Source of the DNA: Eledone cirrhosa
Taxonomy: Eukaryota
Assembly: GCA_964016885.1 (NCBI GenBank)
Contig: OZ024749.1
Span: forward strand, 11,470,001 to 11,534,000
DNA length: 64,000 bases
Direction: 5' to 3'
Shown piece by piece: positions 37,634 to 50,989 of the stretch. The position numbers were made by a program, and so were the translations under genes. Under the pieces are notes generated by a model. It was not told the origin of the DNA. It was given only the letters and a program-made list of their open reading frames with translations, and did not search any database. Each line of letters opens with the position of its first letter. The first letter of the stretch is position 1.

Positions 37634-37884
37634 AGTGTGTCGTGAACTGTTCTGCCCTCCACATTCTCAGCAAGTGGAATTGTTTCTGTTGCCTGCCATG
37701 GCATATGGTAAATATCCATTTCCATTTGTGGAACTGATACAAGCTCTGATTAATAAGATTGCTGATCAAAATGACAACCAGTTATTTTCCAGTAAGAGTG
37801 AAAAAGAAGCCAGTTCCAACCAATTCTCCAGTGTTAATCATTGGTTATTGTACTCTGTGTTGGTTCTGGGAGAAAAGTATGTCG
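37616..37884 (+). CDS. UBE3C: UBE3C-like exon 8, annotated with the most downstream of 41 tandem acceptor positions (TGVLSEVCRELFCPPHSQQVELFLLPAMA...WLLYSVLVLGEKYV)
   Basis: Donor G|gtaagt at 37885, phase 2-1. Similar to UBE3C 'PWLFYFVLTVGENYL'. The true 5' boundary is uncertain: it could be any in-frame acceptor from 35696 onward. Confidence 0.8.
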
Positions 37885-37945
37885 GTAAGTACAGCTTTTA
37901 GTTATTTATTTATTTTATATTCAATTTAAAATAGCTCTTTTGATC

Positions 37946-40900
37946 GGTCACTGGTTTGAATGTTGATCTCTCAATTGAATGGTCAGTGGTTTGAATGTTA
38001 GTCTCACAATTGTATGGTCAGTGGTTTGAATGTTGGTCTCACAATTGTATGGTCAGTGGTTTGAATGTTGGTCTCACAATTGTATGGTCAGTGGTTTGAA
38101 TGTTGGTCTCACAATTGTATGGTCAGTGGTTTGAATGTTGGTCTCACAATTGTATGGTCAGTGGTTTGAATGTTGGTCTCACAATTGTATGGTCAGTGGT
38201 TTGAATGTTGGTCTCACAATTGTATGGTCAGTGGTTTGAATGTTGGTCTCTCAATTGTATGGTCAGTGGTTTGAATGTTGGTCTCACAATTGTATGGTCA
38301 GTGGTTTGAATGTTGGTCTCTCAATTGTATGGTCAGTGGTTTGAATGTTGGTCTCACAATTGTATGGTCAGTGGTTTGAATGTTGGTCTCACAATTGTAT
38401 GGTCAGTGGTTTGAATGTTGGTCTCACAATTGTATGGTCAGTGGTTTGAATGTTGGTCTCACAATTGTATGGTCAGTGGTTTGAATGTTGGTCTCACAAT
38501 TGTATGGTCAGTGGTTTGAATGTTGATCTCACAATTGTATGGTCAGTGGTTTGAATGTTGATCTCTCAATTGTATGGTCAGTAGTTTGAATGTTGGTCTC
38601 ACAATTGTATGGTCAGTGGTTTGAATGTTGGTCTCTCAATTGTATGGTCAGTGGTTTGAATGTTGGTCTCACAATTGTATGGTCAGTGGTTTGAATGTTG
38701 GTCTCTCAATTGTATGGTCAGTGGTTTGAATGTTGGTCTCACAATTGTATGGTCAGTGGTTTGAATGTTGGTCTCTCAATTGTATGGTCAGTGGTTTGAA
38801 TGTTGGTCTCACAATTGTATGGTCAGTGGTTTGAATGTTGGTCTCACAATTGTATGGTCAGTGGTTTGAATGTTGGTCTCACAATTGTATGGTCAGTGGT
38901 TTGAATGTTGGTCACTCAATTGTATGGTCAGTGGTTTGAATGTTGGTCTCACAATTGTATGGTCAGTGGTTTGAATGTTGGTCTCACAATTGTATGGTCA
39001 GTGGTTTGAATGTTGGTCTCACAATTATATGGTCAGTGGTTTGAATGTTGATCTCACAATTGTATGGTCAGTGGTTTGAATGTTGGTCTCTCAATTGAAT
39101 GGTCAGTGGTTTGAATGTTGGTCTCTCAATTGAATGGTCAGTGGTTTGAATGTTGGTCTCTCAATTGAATGGTCAGTGGTTTGAATGTTGGTCTCTCAAT
39201 TGAATGGTCAGTGGTTTGAATGTTGGTCTCACAATTGTATGGTCAGTGGTTTGAATGTTGGTCTCACAATTGTATGGTCAGTGGTTTGAATGTTGATCTC
39301 TCAATTGAATGGTCAGTGGTTTGAATGTTGGTCTCAATTGTATGGTCAGTGGTTTGAATGTTGGTCTCTCAATTGTATGGTCAGTGGTTTGAATGTTGGT
39401 CTCTCAATTGTATGGTCAGTGGTTTGAATGTTGGTCTCTCAATTGTATGGTCAGTGGTTTGAATGTTGGTCTCTCAATTGTATGGTCAGTGGTTTGAATG
39501 TTGGTCTCTCAATTGTATGGTCAGTGGTTTGAATGTTGATCTCACAATTGAATGGTCAGTGGTTTGAATGTTGGTCTCTCAATTGTATGGTCAGTGGTTT
39601 GAATGTTGGTCTCTCAATTGTATGGTCAGTGGTTTGAATGTTGGTCTCTCAATTGTATGGTCAGTGGTTTGAATGTTGATCTCACAATTGTATGGTCAGT
39701 GGTTTGAATGTTGGTCTCTCAATTGTATGGTCAGTGGTTTGAATGTTGGTCTCACAATTGAATGGTCAGTGGTTTGAATGTTGGTCTCTCAATTGTATGG
39801 TAAGCAATTTGAATGATCTCACAATTGAATGGTCAGCGATTTGAATGTTGGTCTCACAATTGTATGGTCAGTGGTTTGAATGTTGGTCTCACAATTGTAT
39901 GGTCAGTGGTTTGAATGTTGGTCTCTCAATTGTATGGTCAGTGGTTTGAATGTTGGTCTCTCAATTGTATGGTCAGTGGTTTGAATGTTGGTCTCTCAAT
40001 TGTATGGTCAGTGGTTTGAATGTTGGTCTCTCAATTGTATGGTCAGTGGTTTGAATGTTGGTCTCACAATTGAATGGTCAGTGGTTTGAATGTTGGTCTC
40101 TCAATTATATGGTCAGCGATTTGAATGTTGGTCTCTCAATTGTATGGTCAGTGGTTTGAATGTTGATCTCACAATTGAATGGTCAGTGGTTTGAATGTTG
40201 GTCTCTCAATTGTATGGTCAGTGGTTTGAATGTTGGTCTCTCAATTGTATGGTCAGTGGTTTGAATGTTGGTCTCTCAATTGTATGGTAAGTGGTTTGAA
40301 TGTTGGTCTCACAATTGAATGGTCAGCGATTTGAATGTTGGTCTCTCAATTGTATGGTAAGCAATCTGAATGTTGGTCTCTCAATTGTATGGTCAGTGGT
40401 TTGAATGTTGGTCTCTCAATTGTATGGTCAGTGGTTTGAATGTTGGTCTCTCAATTGTATGGTCAGTGGTTTGAATGTTGGTCTCAATTGTATGGTCAGT
40501 GGTTTGAATGTTGGTCTCACAATTGAATGGTCAGTGGTTTGAATGTTGGTCTCTCAATTATATGGTCAGCGATTTGAATGTTGGTCTCTCAATTGTATGG
40601 TCAGTGGTTTGAATGTTGATCTCACAATTGAATGGTCAGTGGTTTGAATGTTGGTCTCTCAATTGTATGGTCAGTGGTTTAAATGTTGGTCTCTCAATTG
40701 TATGGGCAGTGGTTTGAATGTTGGTCTCTCAATTGTATGGTCAGTGGTTTGAATGTTGGTCTCTCAATTGTATGGGCAGTGGTTTGAATGTTGGTCTCTC
40801 AATTGTATGATCAGTGGTTTGAATGTTGTTCTCTCAATTGTATGGTCAGTGGTTTGAATGTTGGTCTCACAATTGTATGGTCAGTGGTTTGAATGTTGGT

Positions 40901-43900
40901 CTCTCAATTGTATGATCAGTGGTTTGAATGTTGTTCTCTCAATTGAATGGTCAGTGGTTTGAATGTTGGTCTCTCAATTATATGGTCAGCGATTTGAATG
41001 TTGGTCTCAATTGTATGGTAAGCAATTTGAATGTTGATCTCACAATTGAATGGTCAGCGATTTGAATGTTGGTCTCAAAATTGTATGGTCAGTGGTTTGA
41101 ATGTTGGTTTCACAATTGAATGGTCAGTGGTTGTTGGTCTCACAATTGAATGGTCAGTGGCTGTTGGTCTCACAATTGAATGGTCAGTGGCTGTTGGTCT
41201 CACAATTGTGTGGTCAGTGGTTGTTGGTCTCACAATTGAATGGTCAGTCGCTGTTGGTCTCACAATTGAATGGTCAGTGGTTGTTGGTCTCACAATTGAA
41301 TGGTCAGTGGTTGTGGGTCTCACAATTGTGTGGTCAGTGGTTGTTTGTTCTCACAATTGAATGGTCAGTGGCTGTTTGTCTCACAATTGAATGGTCAGTG
41401 GCTGTTGGTCTCACAATTGTGTGGTCAGTGGTTGTTGGTCTCAATTGAATGGTCAGCGATTTGAATGTTGGTCTCTCAATTGTATGGTCAGTGGTTTGAA
41501 TGTTGGTCTCTCAATTGTATGGTCAGTGGTTTGAATGTTGGTCTCACAATTGAATGGTCAGTGGTTGTTGGTCTCACAATTGTGTGGTCAGTGGCTGTTG
41601 GTCTCACAATTGTATGGTCAGTGGTTGTTGGTCTCAATTGAATGGTCAGTGGTTGTTGGTCTCACAATTGAATGGTCAGTGGTTGTTGGTCTCACAATTG
41701 AATGGTCTGGTTGTTGGTCTCACAATTGAATGGTCAGCGATTTGAATGTTGGTCTCACAATTGTATGGTCAGTGGCTTGAATGTTGGTTTCACAATTGAA
41801 TGGTCAGTGGTTGTTGGTCTCACAATTGTGTGGTCAGTGGTTTGAATGTTGGTCTCACAATTGAATGGTCAGTGGTTGTTGGTCTCACAATTGTGTGGTC
41901 AGTGGCTGTTGGTCTCACAATTGTATGGTCAGTGGTTGTTGGTCTCAATTGAATGGTCAGTGGTTGTTGGTCTCACAATTGAATGGTCAGTGGTTGTTGG
42001 TCTCACAATTGAATGGTCTGGTTGTTGGTCTCACAATTGAATGGTCAGTGGTTGTTGGTCTCACAATTAAATGGTCAGTGGTTGTTGGTCTCACAATTGT
42101 GTGGTCAGTGGCTGTTGGTCTCACAATTGTATGGTCAGTGGTTGTTGGTCTCAATTGAATGGTCAGTGGTTGTTGGTCTCACAATTGAATGGTCTGGTTG
42201 TTGGTCTCACAATTGAATGGTCAGTGGTTGTTGGTCTCACAATTGAATGGTCAGTGGTTGTTGGTCTCACAATTGAATGGTCAGTGGTTGTTGGTCTCAC
42301 AATTGAATGGTCAGTGGCTGTTGGTCTCACAATTGAATGGTCAGTGGCTGTTGGTCTCACAATTGTGTGGTCAGTGGTTGTTGGTCTCAATTGAATGGTC
42401 AGTGGTTGTTGGTCTCACAATTGTGTGGTCAGTGGCTGTTGGTCTCACAATTGTGTGGTCAGTGGTTGTTGGTCTCACAATTGAATGGTCAGTGGCTGTT
42501 GGTCTCACAATTGAATGGTCAGTGGTTGTTGGTCTCACAATTGAATGGTCAGTGGTTGTGGGTCTCACAATTGTGTGGTCAGTGGTTGTTTGTTCTCACA
42601 ATTGAATGGTCAGTGGCTGTTTGTCTCACAATTGAATGGTCAGTGGCTGTTGGTCTCACAATTGTGTGGTCAGTGGTTGTTGGTCTCACAATTGAATGGT
42701 CAGTGGCTGTTGGTTTTAATTGAATGGTCAGTGGTTGTTGGTCTCACAATTGAATGGTCAGTGGTTGTTGGTCTCACAATTGTGTGGTCAGTGGCTGTTT
42801 GTCTCAATTGAATGGTCAGTGGTTGTTGGTCTCATAATTGAATGGTCAGTGGTTGTTTGTCTCACAATTGAATGGTCAGTGGTTGTTGGTCTCACAATTG
42901 AATGGTCAGTGGTTGTTGGTCTCACAATTGAATGGTCAGTGGTTGTTGGTCTCACAATTGAATGGTCAGTGGCTGTTGGTCTCACAATTGTGTGGTCAGT
43001 GGCTGTTTTTCTCACAATTGAATGGTCAGTGGTTGTTGGTCTCACAATTGAATGGTCAGTGGTTGTTGGTCTCACAATTATGTGGTCAGTGGCTGTTGGT
43101 CTCACAATTGAATGGTCAGTGGCGGTTGCTCTCAATTGAATGGTCAGTGGTTGTTGGTCTCAATTGAATGGTCAGTGGTTGTTGGTCTCACAATTGTGTG
43201 GTCAGTGGTTGTTGGTCTCACAATTGAATGGTCAATGGTTGTTGGTCTCACAATTGAATGGTGAGTGGTTGTTGGTCTCACAATTGAATGGTCAGTGGTT
43301 GTTGGTCTCACAATTGTGTGGTCAGTGGTTGTTGGTCTCACAATTGAATGGTCAGTGGTTGTTGGTCTCACAATTGTGTGGTCAGTGGCTGTTGGTCTCA
43401 CAATTGTGTGGTCAGTGGCTGTTGGTCTCACAATTGTGTGGTCAGTGGCTGTTGGTCTCACAATTGTGTGGTCAGTGGTTGTTGGTCTCACAATTGAATA
43501 GTCAGTGGTTGTTGGTCTCAATTGAATGGTCAGTGGTTGTTGGTCTCACAATTGTGTGGTCAGTGGTTGTTGGTCTCAATTGTGTGGTCAGTGGCTGTTG
43601 GTCTCACAATTGTGTGGTCAGTGGTTGTTGGTCTCACAATTGAATGGTCAGTGGTTGTTGGTCTCAATTGAATGGTCAGTGGTTGTTGGTCTCACAATTG
43701 TGTGGTCAGTGGTTGTTGGTCTCACAATTGTGTGATCAGTGGTTGTTGGTCTCAATTGAATGGTCAGTGGTTGTTGGTCTCACAATTGAATGGTCAGTGG
43801 TTGTTGGTCTCAATTGAATGGTCAGTGGTTGTTGGTCTCACAATTGAATGGTCAGTGGCTGTTGGTCTCACAATTGTGTGGTCTGGTTGCTGGTCTCACA

Positions 43901-46900
43901 ATTGAATGGTCAGTGGCTGTTGGTCTCACAATTGTGTGGTCAGTGGTTGTTGGTCTCACAATTGAATGGTCAGTGGTTGTTGGTCTCAATTGAATGGTCA
44001 GTGGTTGTTGGTCTCACAATTGAATGGTCAGTGGTTGTTGGTCTCAATTGAATGGTCAGTGGTTGTTGGTCTCACAATTGAATGGTCAGTGGTTGTTGGT
44101 CTCAATTGAATGGTCAGAGGTTGTTGGTCTCACAATTGAATGGTCAGTGGCTGTTGGTCTCACAATTGTGTGGTCATTGGTTGTTGTTCTCACAATTGAA
44201 TGGTCAGTGGATGTTGGTCTCACAATTGTGTGGTCAGTGGTTGTTGGTCTCACAATTGAATGGTCAGTGGTTGTTGGTCTCTCAATTGTATGGTCAGTGG
44301 TTTGAATGTTGGTCTCACAATTGAATGGTCAGTGGTTTGAATGTTGGTCTCTCAATTATATGGTCAGCGATTTGAATGTTGGTCTCTCAATTGTATGGTC
44401 AGTGGTTTGAATGTTGATCTCACAATTGAATGGTCAGTGGTTTGAATGTTGGTCTCTCAATTGTATGGTCAGGGGTTTGAATGTTGGTCTCTCAATTGTA
44501 TGGGCAGTGGTTTGAATGTTGGTCTCTCAATTGTATGGTCAGTGGTTTGAATGTTGGTCTCTCAATTGTATGGGCAGTGGTTTGAATGTTGGTCTCTCAA
44601 TTGTATGGTCAGTGGTTTGAATGTTGGTCTCTCAATTGTATGGTCAGTGGTTTGAATGTTGGTCTCACAATTGAATGGTCAGTGGTTTTAATGTTGGTCT
44701 CTCAATTATATGGTCAGCGATTTGAATGTTGGTCTCTCAATTGTATGGTAAGCAATTTGAATGTTGATCTCACAATTGAATGGTCAGCGATTTGAATGTT
44801 GGTCTCACAATTGTATGGTCAGTGGTTTGAATGTTGGTTTCACAATTGAATGGTCAGTGGTTGTTGGTCTCACAATTGAATGGTCAGTGGCTGTTGGTCT
44901 CACAATTGAATGGTCAGTGGCTGTTGGTCTCACAATTGTGTGGTCAGTGGTTGTTGGTCTCACAATTGAATGGTCAGTCGCTGTTGGTCTCACAATTGAA
45001 TGGTCAGTGGTTGTTGGTCTCACAATTGAATGGTCAGTGGTTGTGGGTCTCACAATTGTGTGGTCAGTGGTTGTTTGTTCTCACAATTGAATGGTCAGTG
45101 GCTGTTTGTCTCACAATTGAATGGTCAGTGGCTGTTGGTCTCACAATTGTGTGGTCAGTGGTTGTTGGTCTCACAATTGAATGGTCAGCGATTTGAATGT
45201 TGGTCTCTCAATTGTATGGTCAGTGGTTTGAATGTTGGTCTCAATTGTATGGTCAGTGGTTTGAATGTTGGTCTCTCAATTGAATGGTCAGCGATTTGAA
45301 TGTTGGTCTCACAATTGTATGGTCAGTGGTTTGAATGTTGGTTTCACAATTGAATGGTCAGTGGTTGTTGGTCTCACAATTGTGTGGTCAGTGGCTGTTG
45401 GTCTCACAATTGTATGGTCAGTGGTTGTTGGTCTCAATTGAATGGTCAGTGGTTGTTGGTCTCACAATTGAATGGTCAGCGGTTGTTGGTCTCACAATTG
45501 AATGGTCAGTGGTTGTTGGTCTCAATTGAATGGTCAGTGGTTGTTGGTCTCACAATTGTGTGGTCAGTGGCTGTTGGTCTCACAATTGAATGGTCAGTGG
45601 TTGTTGGTCTCACAATTGAATGGTCAGTGGCTGTTGGTCTCACAATTGAATGGTCAGTGGCTGTTGGTCTCACAATTGTGTGGTCAGTGGTTATTGGTCT
45701 CACAATTGAATGGTCTGGTTGTTGGTCTCACAATTGAATGATCAGTGGTTGTTGGTCTCACAATCGAATGGTCAGTGGTTGTTGGTCTCACAATTGAATG
45801 GTCAGTGGTTGTTGGTCTCACAATTGAATGGTCAGTGGTTGTTGGTCTTAATTGAATGGTCAGTGGCTGTTGGTCTCACAATTGAATGGTCAGTGGTTGT
45901 TGGTCTCACAATTGAATGGTCAGTGGTTGTTGGTCTCAATTGAATGGTCAGTGGTTGTTGGTCTCACAATTGTGTGGTCAGTGGCTGTTGGTCTCACAAT
46001 TGTGTGGTCAGTGGTTGTTGGTCTCACAATTGAATGGTCAGTGGCTGTTGGTCTCACAATTGAATGGTCAGTGGTTGTTGGTCTCACAATTGAATGGTCA
46101 GTGGTTGTGGGTCTCACAATTGTGTGGTCAGTGGTTGTTTGTTCTCACAATTGAATGGTCAGTGGCTGTTTGTCTCACAATTGTGTGGTCAGTGGTTGTT
46201 GGTCTCACAATTGAATGGTCAGTGGTTGTTGGTCTTAATTGAATGGTCAGTGGCTGTTGGTCTCACAATTGAATGGTCAGTGGTTGTTGGTCTCACAATT
46301 GAATGGTCAGTGGTTGTTGGTCTCAATTGAATGGTCAGTGGTTGTTGGTCTCAATTGAATGGTCAGTGGTTGTTGGTCTCACAATTGTGTGGTCAGTGGC
46401 TGTTTGTCTCAATTGAATGGTCAGTGGTTGTTGGTCTCACAATTGAATGGTCAGTGGTTGTTGGTCTCACAATTGTGTGGTCAGTGGTTGTTGGTCTCAC
46501 AATTGAATGGTCAGTGGTTGTTGGTCTCAATTGAATGGTCAGTGGTTGTTGGTCTCAATTGAATGGTCAGTGGTTGTTGGTCTCACAATTGTGTGGTCAG
46601 TGGTTGTTGGTCTCACAATTGTGTGGTCAGTGTTTGTTGGTCTCACAATTGAATGTTCAGTGGTTGTTGGTCTCACAATTGTGTGGTCAGTGGTTGTTGG
46701 TCTCACAATTGTGTGGTCAGTGGTTGTTGGTCTCACAATTGTGTGGTCAGTGGTTGTTGGTCTCACAATTGTGTGGTCAGTGGTTGTTGGTCTCACAATT
46801 ATGTGGTCAGTGGCTGTTGGTCTCACAATTGAATGGTCAGTGGCTGTTGGTCTCAATTGAATGGTCAGTGGTTGTTGGTCTCAATTGAATGGTCAGTGCT

Positions 46901-49900
46901 TGTTGGTCTCACAATTGAATGGTCAGTGGTTGTTGGTCTCACAATTGAATGGTCAGTGGTTGTTGGTCTCAATTGTGTGGTCAGTGGTTGTTGGTCTCAC
47001 AATTGAATGGTCAGTGGTTGTTGGTCTCAATTGAATGGTCAGTGGTTGTTGGTCTCACAATTGTGTGGTCAGTGGTTGTTGGTCTCACAATTGAATGGTC
47101 AGTGGTTGTTGGTCTCACAATTGAATGGTCAGTGGTTGTTGGTCTCACAATTGAATGGTCAGTGGTTGTTGGTCTCACAATTGTGTGGTCAGTGGTTGGT
47201 CTCACAATTGAATGGTCAGTGGTTGTTGGTCTCACAATTGAATGGTCAGTGGCTGTTGGTCTCACAATTGTGTGGTCAGTGGCTGTTGGTCTCACAATTG
47301 TGTGGTCAGTGGCTGTTGGTCTCACAATTGTGTGGTCAGTGGTTGTTGGTCTCACAATTGAATAGTCAGTGGTTGTTGGTCTCAATTGAATGGTCAGTGG
47401 TTGTTGGTCTCACAATTGTGTGGTCAGTGGTTGTTGGTCTCAATTGTCTGGTCAGTGGCTGTTGGTCTCACAATTGTGTGGTCAGTGGTTGTTGGTCTCA
47501 CAATTGAATGGTCAGTGGTTGTTGGTCTCAATTGAATGGTCAGTGGTTGTTGGTCTCACAATTGTGTGGTCAGTGGTTGTTGGTCTCACAATTGTGTGGT
47601 CAGTGGTTGTTGGTCTTACAATTGTGTGGTCAGTGGTTGTTGGTCTCACAATTGTGTGGTCAGTGGCTGTTGGTCTCACAATTGTGTGGTCAGTGGTTGT
47701 TGGTCTCACAATTGAATGGTCAGTGGCTGTTGGTCTCACAATTGAATGGTCAGTGGTTGTTGGTCTCAATTGAATGGTCAGTGGTTGTTGGTCTCACAAT
47801 TGAATAGTCAGTGGTTGTTGGTCTCAATTGAATGGTCAGTGGTTGTTGGTCTCACAATTGAATGGTCAGTGGTTGTTGGTCTCAATTGAATGGTCAGTGG
47901 TTGTTGGTCTCAATTGAATGGTCAGTGGTTGTTGGTCTCACAATTGAATGGTCAGTGGCTGTTGGTCTCACAATTGTGTGGTCAGTGTTTGTTGGTCTCA
48001 CAATTGAATGGTCAGTGGTTGTTGGTCTCACAATTGTGTGGTCAGTGGTTGTTGGTCTCACAATTGTGTGGTCAGTGGCTGTTGGTCTCACAATTGTGTG
48101 GTCAGTGGTTGTTGGTCTCACAATTGAATGGTCAGTGGCTGTTGGTCTCACAATTGAATGGTCAGTGGTTGTTGGTCTCACAATTGTGTGGTCAGTGGCT
48201 GTTGGTCTCACAATTGTGTGGTCAGTGGTTGTTGGTCTCAATTGAATGGTCAGTGGTTGTTGGTCTTGCAATTGAATGGTCAGTGGTTGTTGGTCTCAAT
48301 TGAATGGTCAGTGGTTGTTGGTCTCACAATTGAATGGTCAGTGGCTGTTGGTCTCACAATTGTGTGGTCAGTGGTTGTTGTTCTCACAATTGAATGGTCA
48401 GTGGCTGTTGGTCTCACAATTGTGTGGTCAGTGGTTGTTGGTCTCACAATTGAATGGTCAGTGGTTGTTGGTCTCAATTGAATGGTCAGTGGTTGTTGGT
48501 CTCACAATTGTGTGGTCAGTGGTTGTTGGTCTCACAATTGAATGGTCAGTGGTTGTTGGTCTCACAATTGTGTGGTCAGTGGTTGTTGGTCTCACAATTG
48601 TGGTCAGTGGCTGTTGGTCTCACAATTGTGTGGTCAGTGGTTGTTGGTCTCACAATTGAATGGTCAGTGGCTGTTGGTCTCACAATTGAATGGTCAGTGG
48701 TTGTTGGTCTCACAATTGTGTGGTCAGTGGCTGTTGGTCTCACAATTGTGTGGTCAGTGGTCGTTGGTCTCAATTGAATGGTCAGTGGTTGTTGGTCTCA
48801 ATTGAATGGTCAGTGGTTGTTGGTCTCAATTGAATGGTCAGTGGTTGTTGGTCTCACAATTGAATGGTCAGTGGCTGTTGGTCTCACAATTGTGTGGTCA
48901 GTGGTTGTTGGTCTCACAATTGAATGGTCAGTGGCTGTTGGTCTCACAATTATGTGGTCAGTGGTTGTTGGTCTCACAATTGAATGGTCAGTGGTTGTTG
49001 GTCTCAATTAAATGGTCAGTGGTTGTTGGTCTCACAATTGTGTGGTCAGTGGTTGTTGGTCTCACAATTGTGTGGTCAGTGGCTGTTGGTCTCACAATTT
49101 TGTGGTCAGTGGTTGTTGGTCTCACAATTGAATGGTCAGTGGTTGTTGGTCTCAATTAAATGGTCAGTGGTTGTTGGTCTCACAATTGTGTGGTCAGTGG
49201 TTGTTTGTCTCACAATTGTGTGGTCAGTGGTTGTTGGTCTCACAATTGAATGGTCAGTGGCTGTTGGTCTCACAATTGTGTGGTCAGTGGTTGTTGGTCT
49301 CACAATTGAATGGTCAGTGGTTGTTGGTCTCAATTGAATGGTCAGTGGTTGTTGGTCTCACAATTGTGTGGTCAGTGGCTGTTGGTCTCACAATTGTGTG
49401 GTCAGTGGTTGTTGGTCTCACAATTGAATGGTCAGTGGCTGTTGGTCTCACAATTGAATGGTCAGTGGTTGTTGGTCTCAATTGAATGGTCAGTGGTTGT
49501 TGGTCTCACAATTGTGTGGTCAGTGGCTGTTGGTCTCACAATTGTGTGGTCAGTGGTTGTTGGTCTCACAATTGAATGGTCAGTGGTTGTTGGTCTCAAT
49601 TGAATGGTCAGTGGTTGTTGGTCTCACAATTGTGTGGTCAGTGGTTGTTGGTCTCACAATTGAATTGTCAGTGGTTGTTGGTCTCACAATTGAATGGTCA
49701 GTGGTTGTTGGTCTGACAATTGTGTGGTCAGTGGTTGTTGGTCTCACAATTGAATGGTCAGTGGTTGTTGGTTTCACAATTGTGTGGTCAGTGGTTGTTG
49801 GTCTCACAATTGAATGGTCAGTGGTTGTTGGTCTCAATTGAATGGTCAGTGGTTGTTGGTCTCAATTGAATGGTCAGTGGTTGTTGGTCTCACAATTGTG

Positions 49901-50330
49901 TGGTCAGTGGTTGTTGGTCTCACAATTGAATGGTCAGTGGTTGTTGGTCTCAATTGAATGGTCAGTGGTTGTTGGTCTCAATTGAATGGTCAGTGGTTGT
50001 TGGTCTCACAATTGTGTGGTCAGTGGTTGTTGGTCTCACAATTGTGTGGTCAGTGTTTGTTGGTCTCACAATTGAATGTTCAGTGGTTGTTGGTCTCACA
50101 ATTGTGTGGTCAGTGGTTGTTGGTCTCACAATTGTGTGGTCAGTGGTTGTTGGTCTCACAATTGTGTGGTCAGTGGTTGTTCGTCTCACAATTGTGTGGT
50201 CAGTGGTTGTTGGTCTCACAATTGTGTGGTCAGTGGTTGTTGGTCTCACAATTGAATGGTCAGTGGTTGTTGGTCTCACAATTGTGTGGTCAGTGGTTTG
50301 ATTGGTCCTATAATTGTGTGGTCAGTGAAT
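37946..50330. repeat. 12.4-kb compound satellite of 35-bp and 30/28-bp units
   Basis: Units ggtcagtggtttgaatgttggtctcacaattgtat and ggtcagtggttgttggtctcacaattgaat. Confidence 0.98.
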
Positions 50331-50989
50331 GTGTTTGATTGTGGGATCAGGCAGCATGTTGTGTCCTTAAGACACTTTATTTCATGTTGCCCCAGACAAC
50401 ACTGGTACCAAGCTATATCAGCCTTTGCCTTTCCATTGGACAACATCCTTTATAGTGTATATGTAGTGTATATCGATAGTCGATCGACACAATCCCTAAC
50501 CTCGTTCGCTTAACAAAGTGGGGTGGAGCTCATCAAATCGGACTGAGGAAACAATGTTTCCGTTGGTCTTTCCAATTGCTATTACTGTCTGTCGGTCGCA
50601 CCTCCAGGCAGAAGGAGCAATGTGAAATAAAGTGTCTTGCTCAAGGACATAACGTATCGCCCGGTCTGGGAATCAAAATCACAACCACACGATTGCGAAT
50701 CCAATTCTCTAACCACTCAGCCATGCGCCTGCAAGTATATATATAGTGTATATATAGTATATATATAGTATATAAATAGTGTATATATATAATGTATACT
50801 ACAGTTGTTATGGGCCTGATGCTGTTCTGTTGGGCAAATGGAATACAAAGTTGGATCATTCCTAAAGATGAATACAAACCCACCAACCTCCTCTGGACGA
50901 CCAACAGACATGGAAAACCAACACCACCTCACCCCTCACACCCCCTCCCAAGTGTTTGTCTTCTTCCTCTCATTCTTCCAGTGAACTCC

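Noticed and set aside
35598-37769. Minus-strand GEKRHDHIRQYTSAVV ORFs
   Set aside because: Antisense reading of the acceptor array, interrupted by stops, unlike the sense UBE3C frame.
41031-50338. Dozens of short WSVVVGLTI-type ORFs
   Set aside because: Satellite translations, broken by 28/30/35-bp unit switching.
50539-50562. Hammerhead-like cgga-CUGAG-GAAAC-aau-GUU-uccg
   Set aside because: Stem II and part of the core are missing. At best a deleted remnant.
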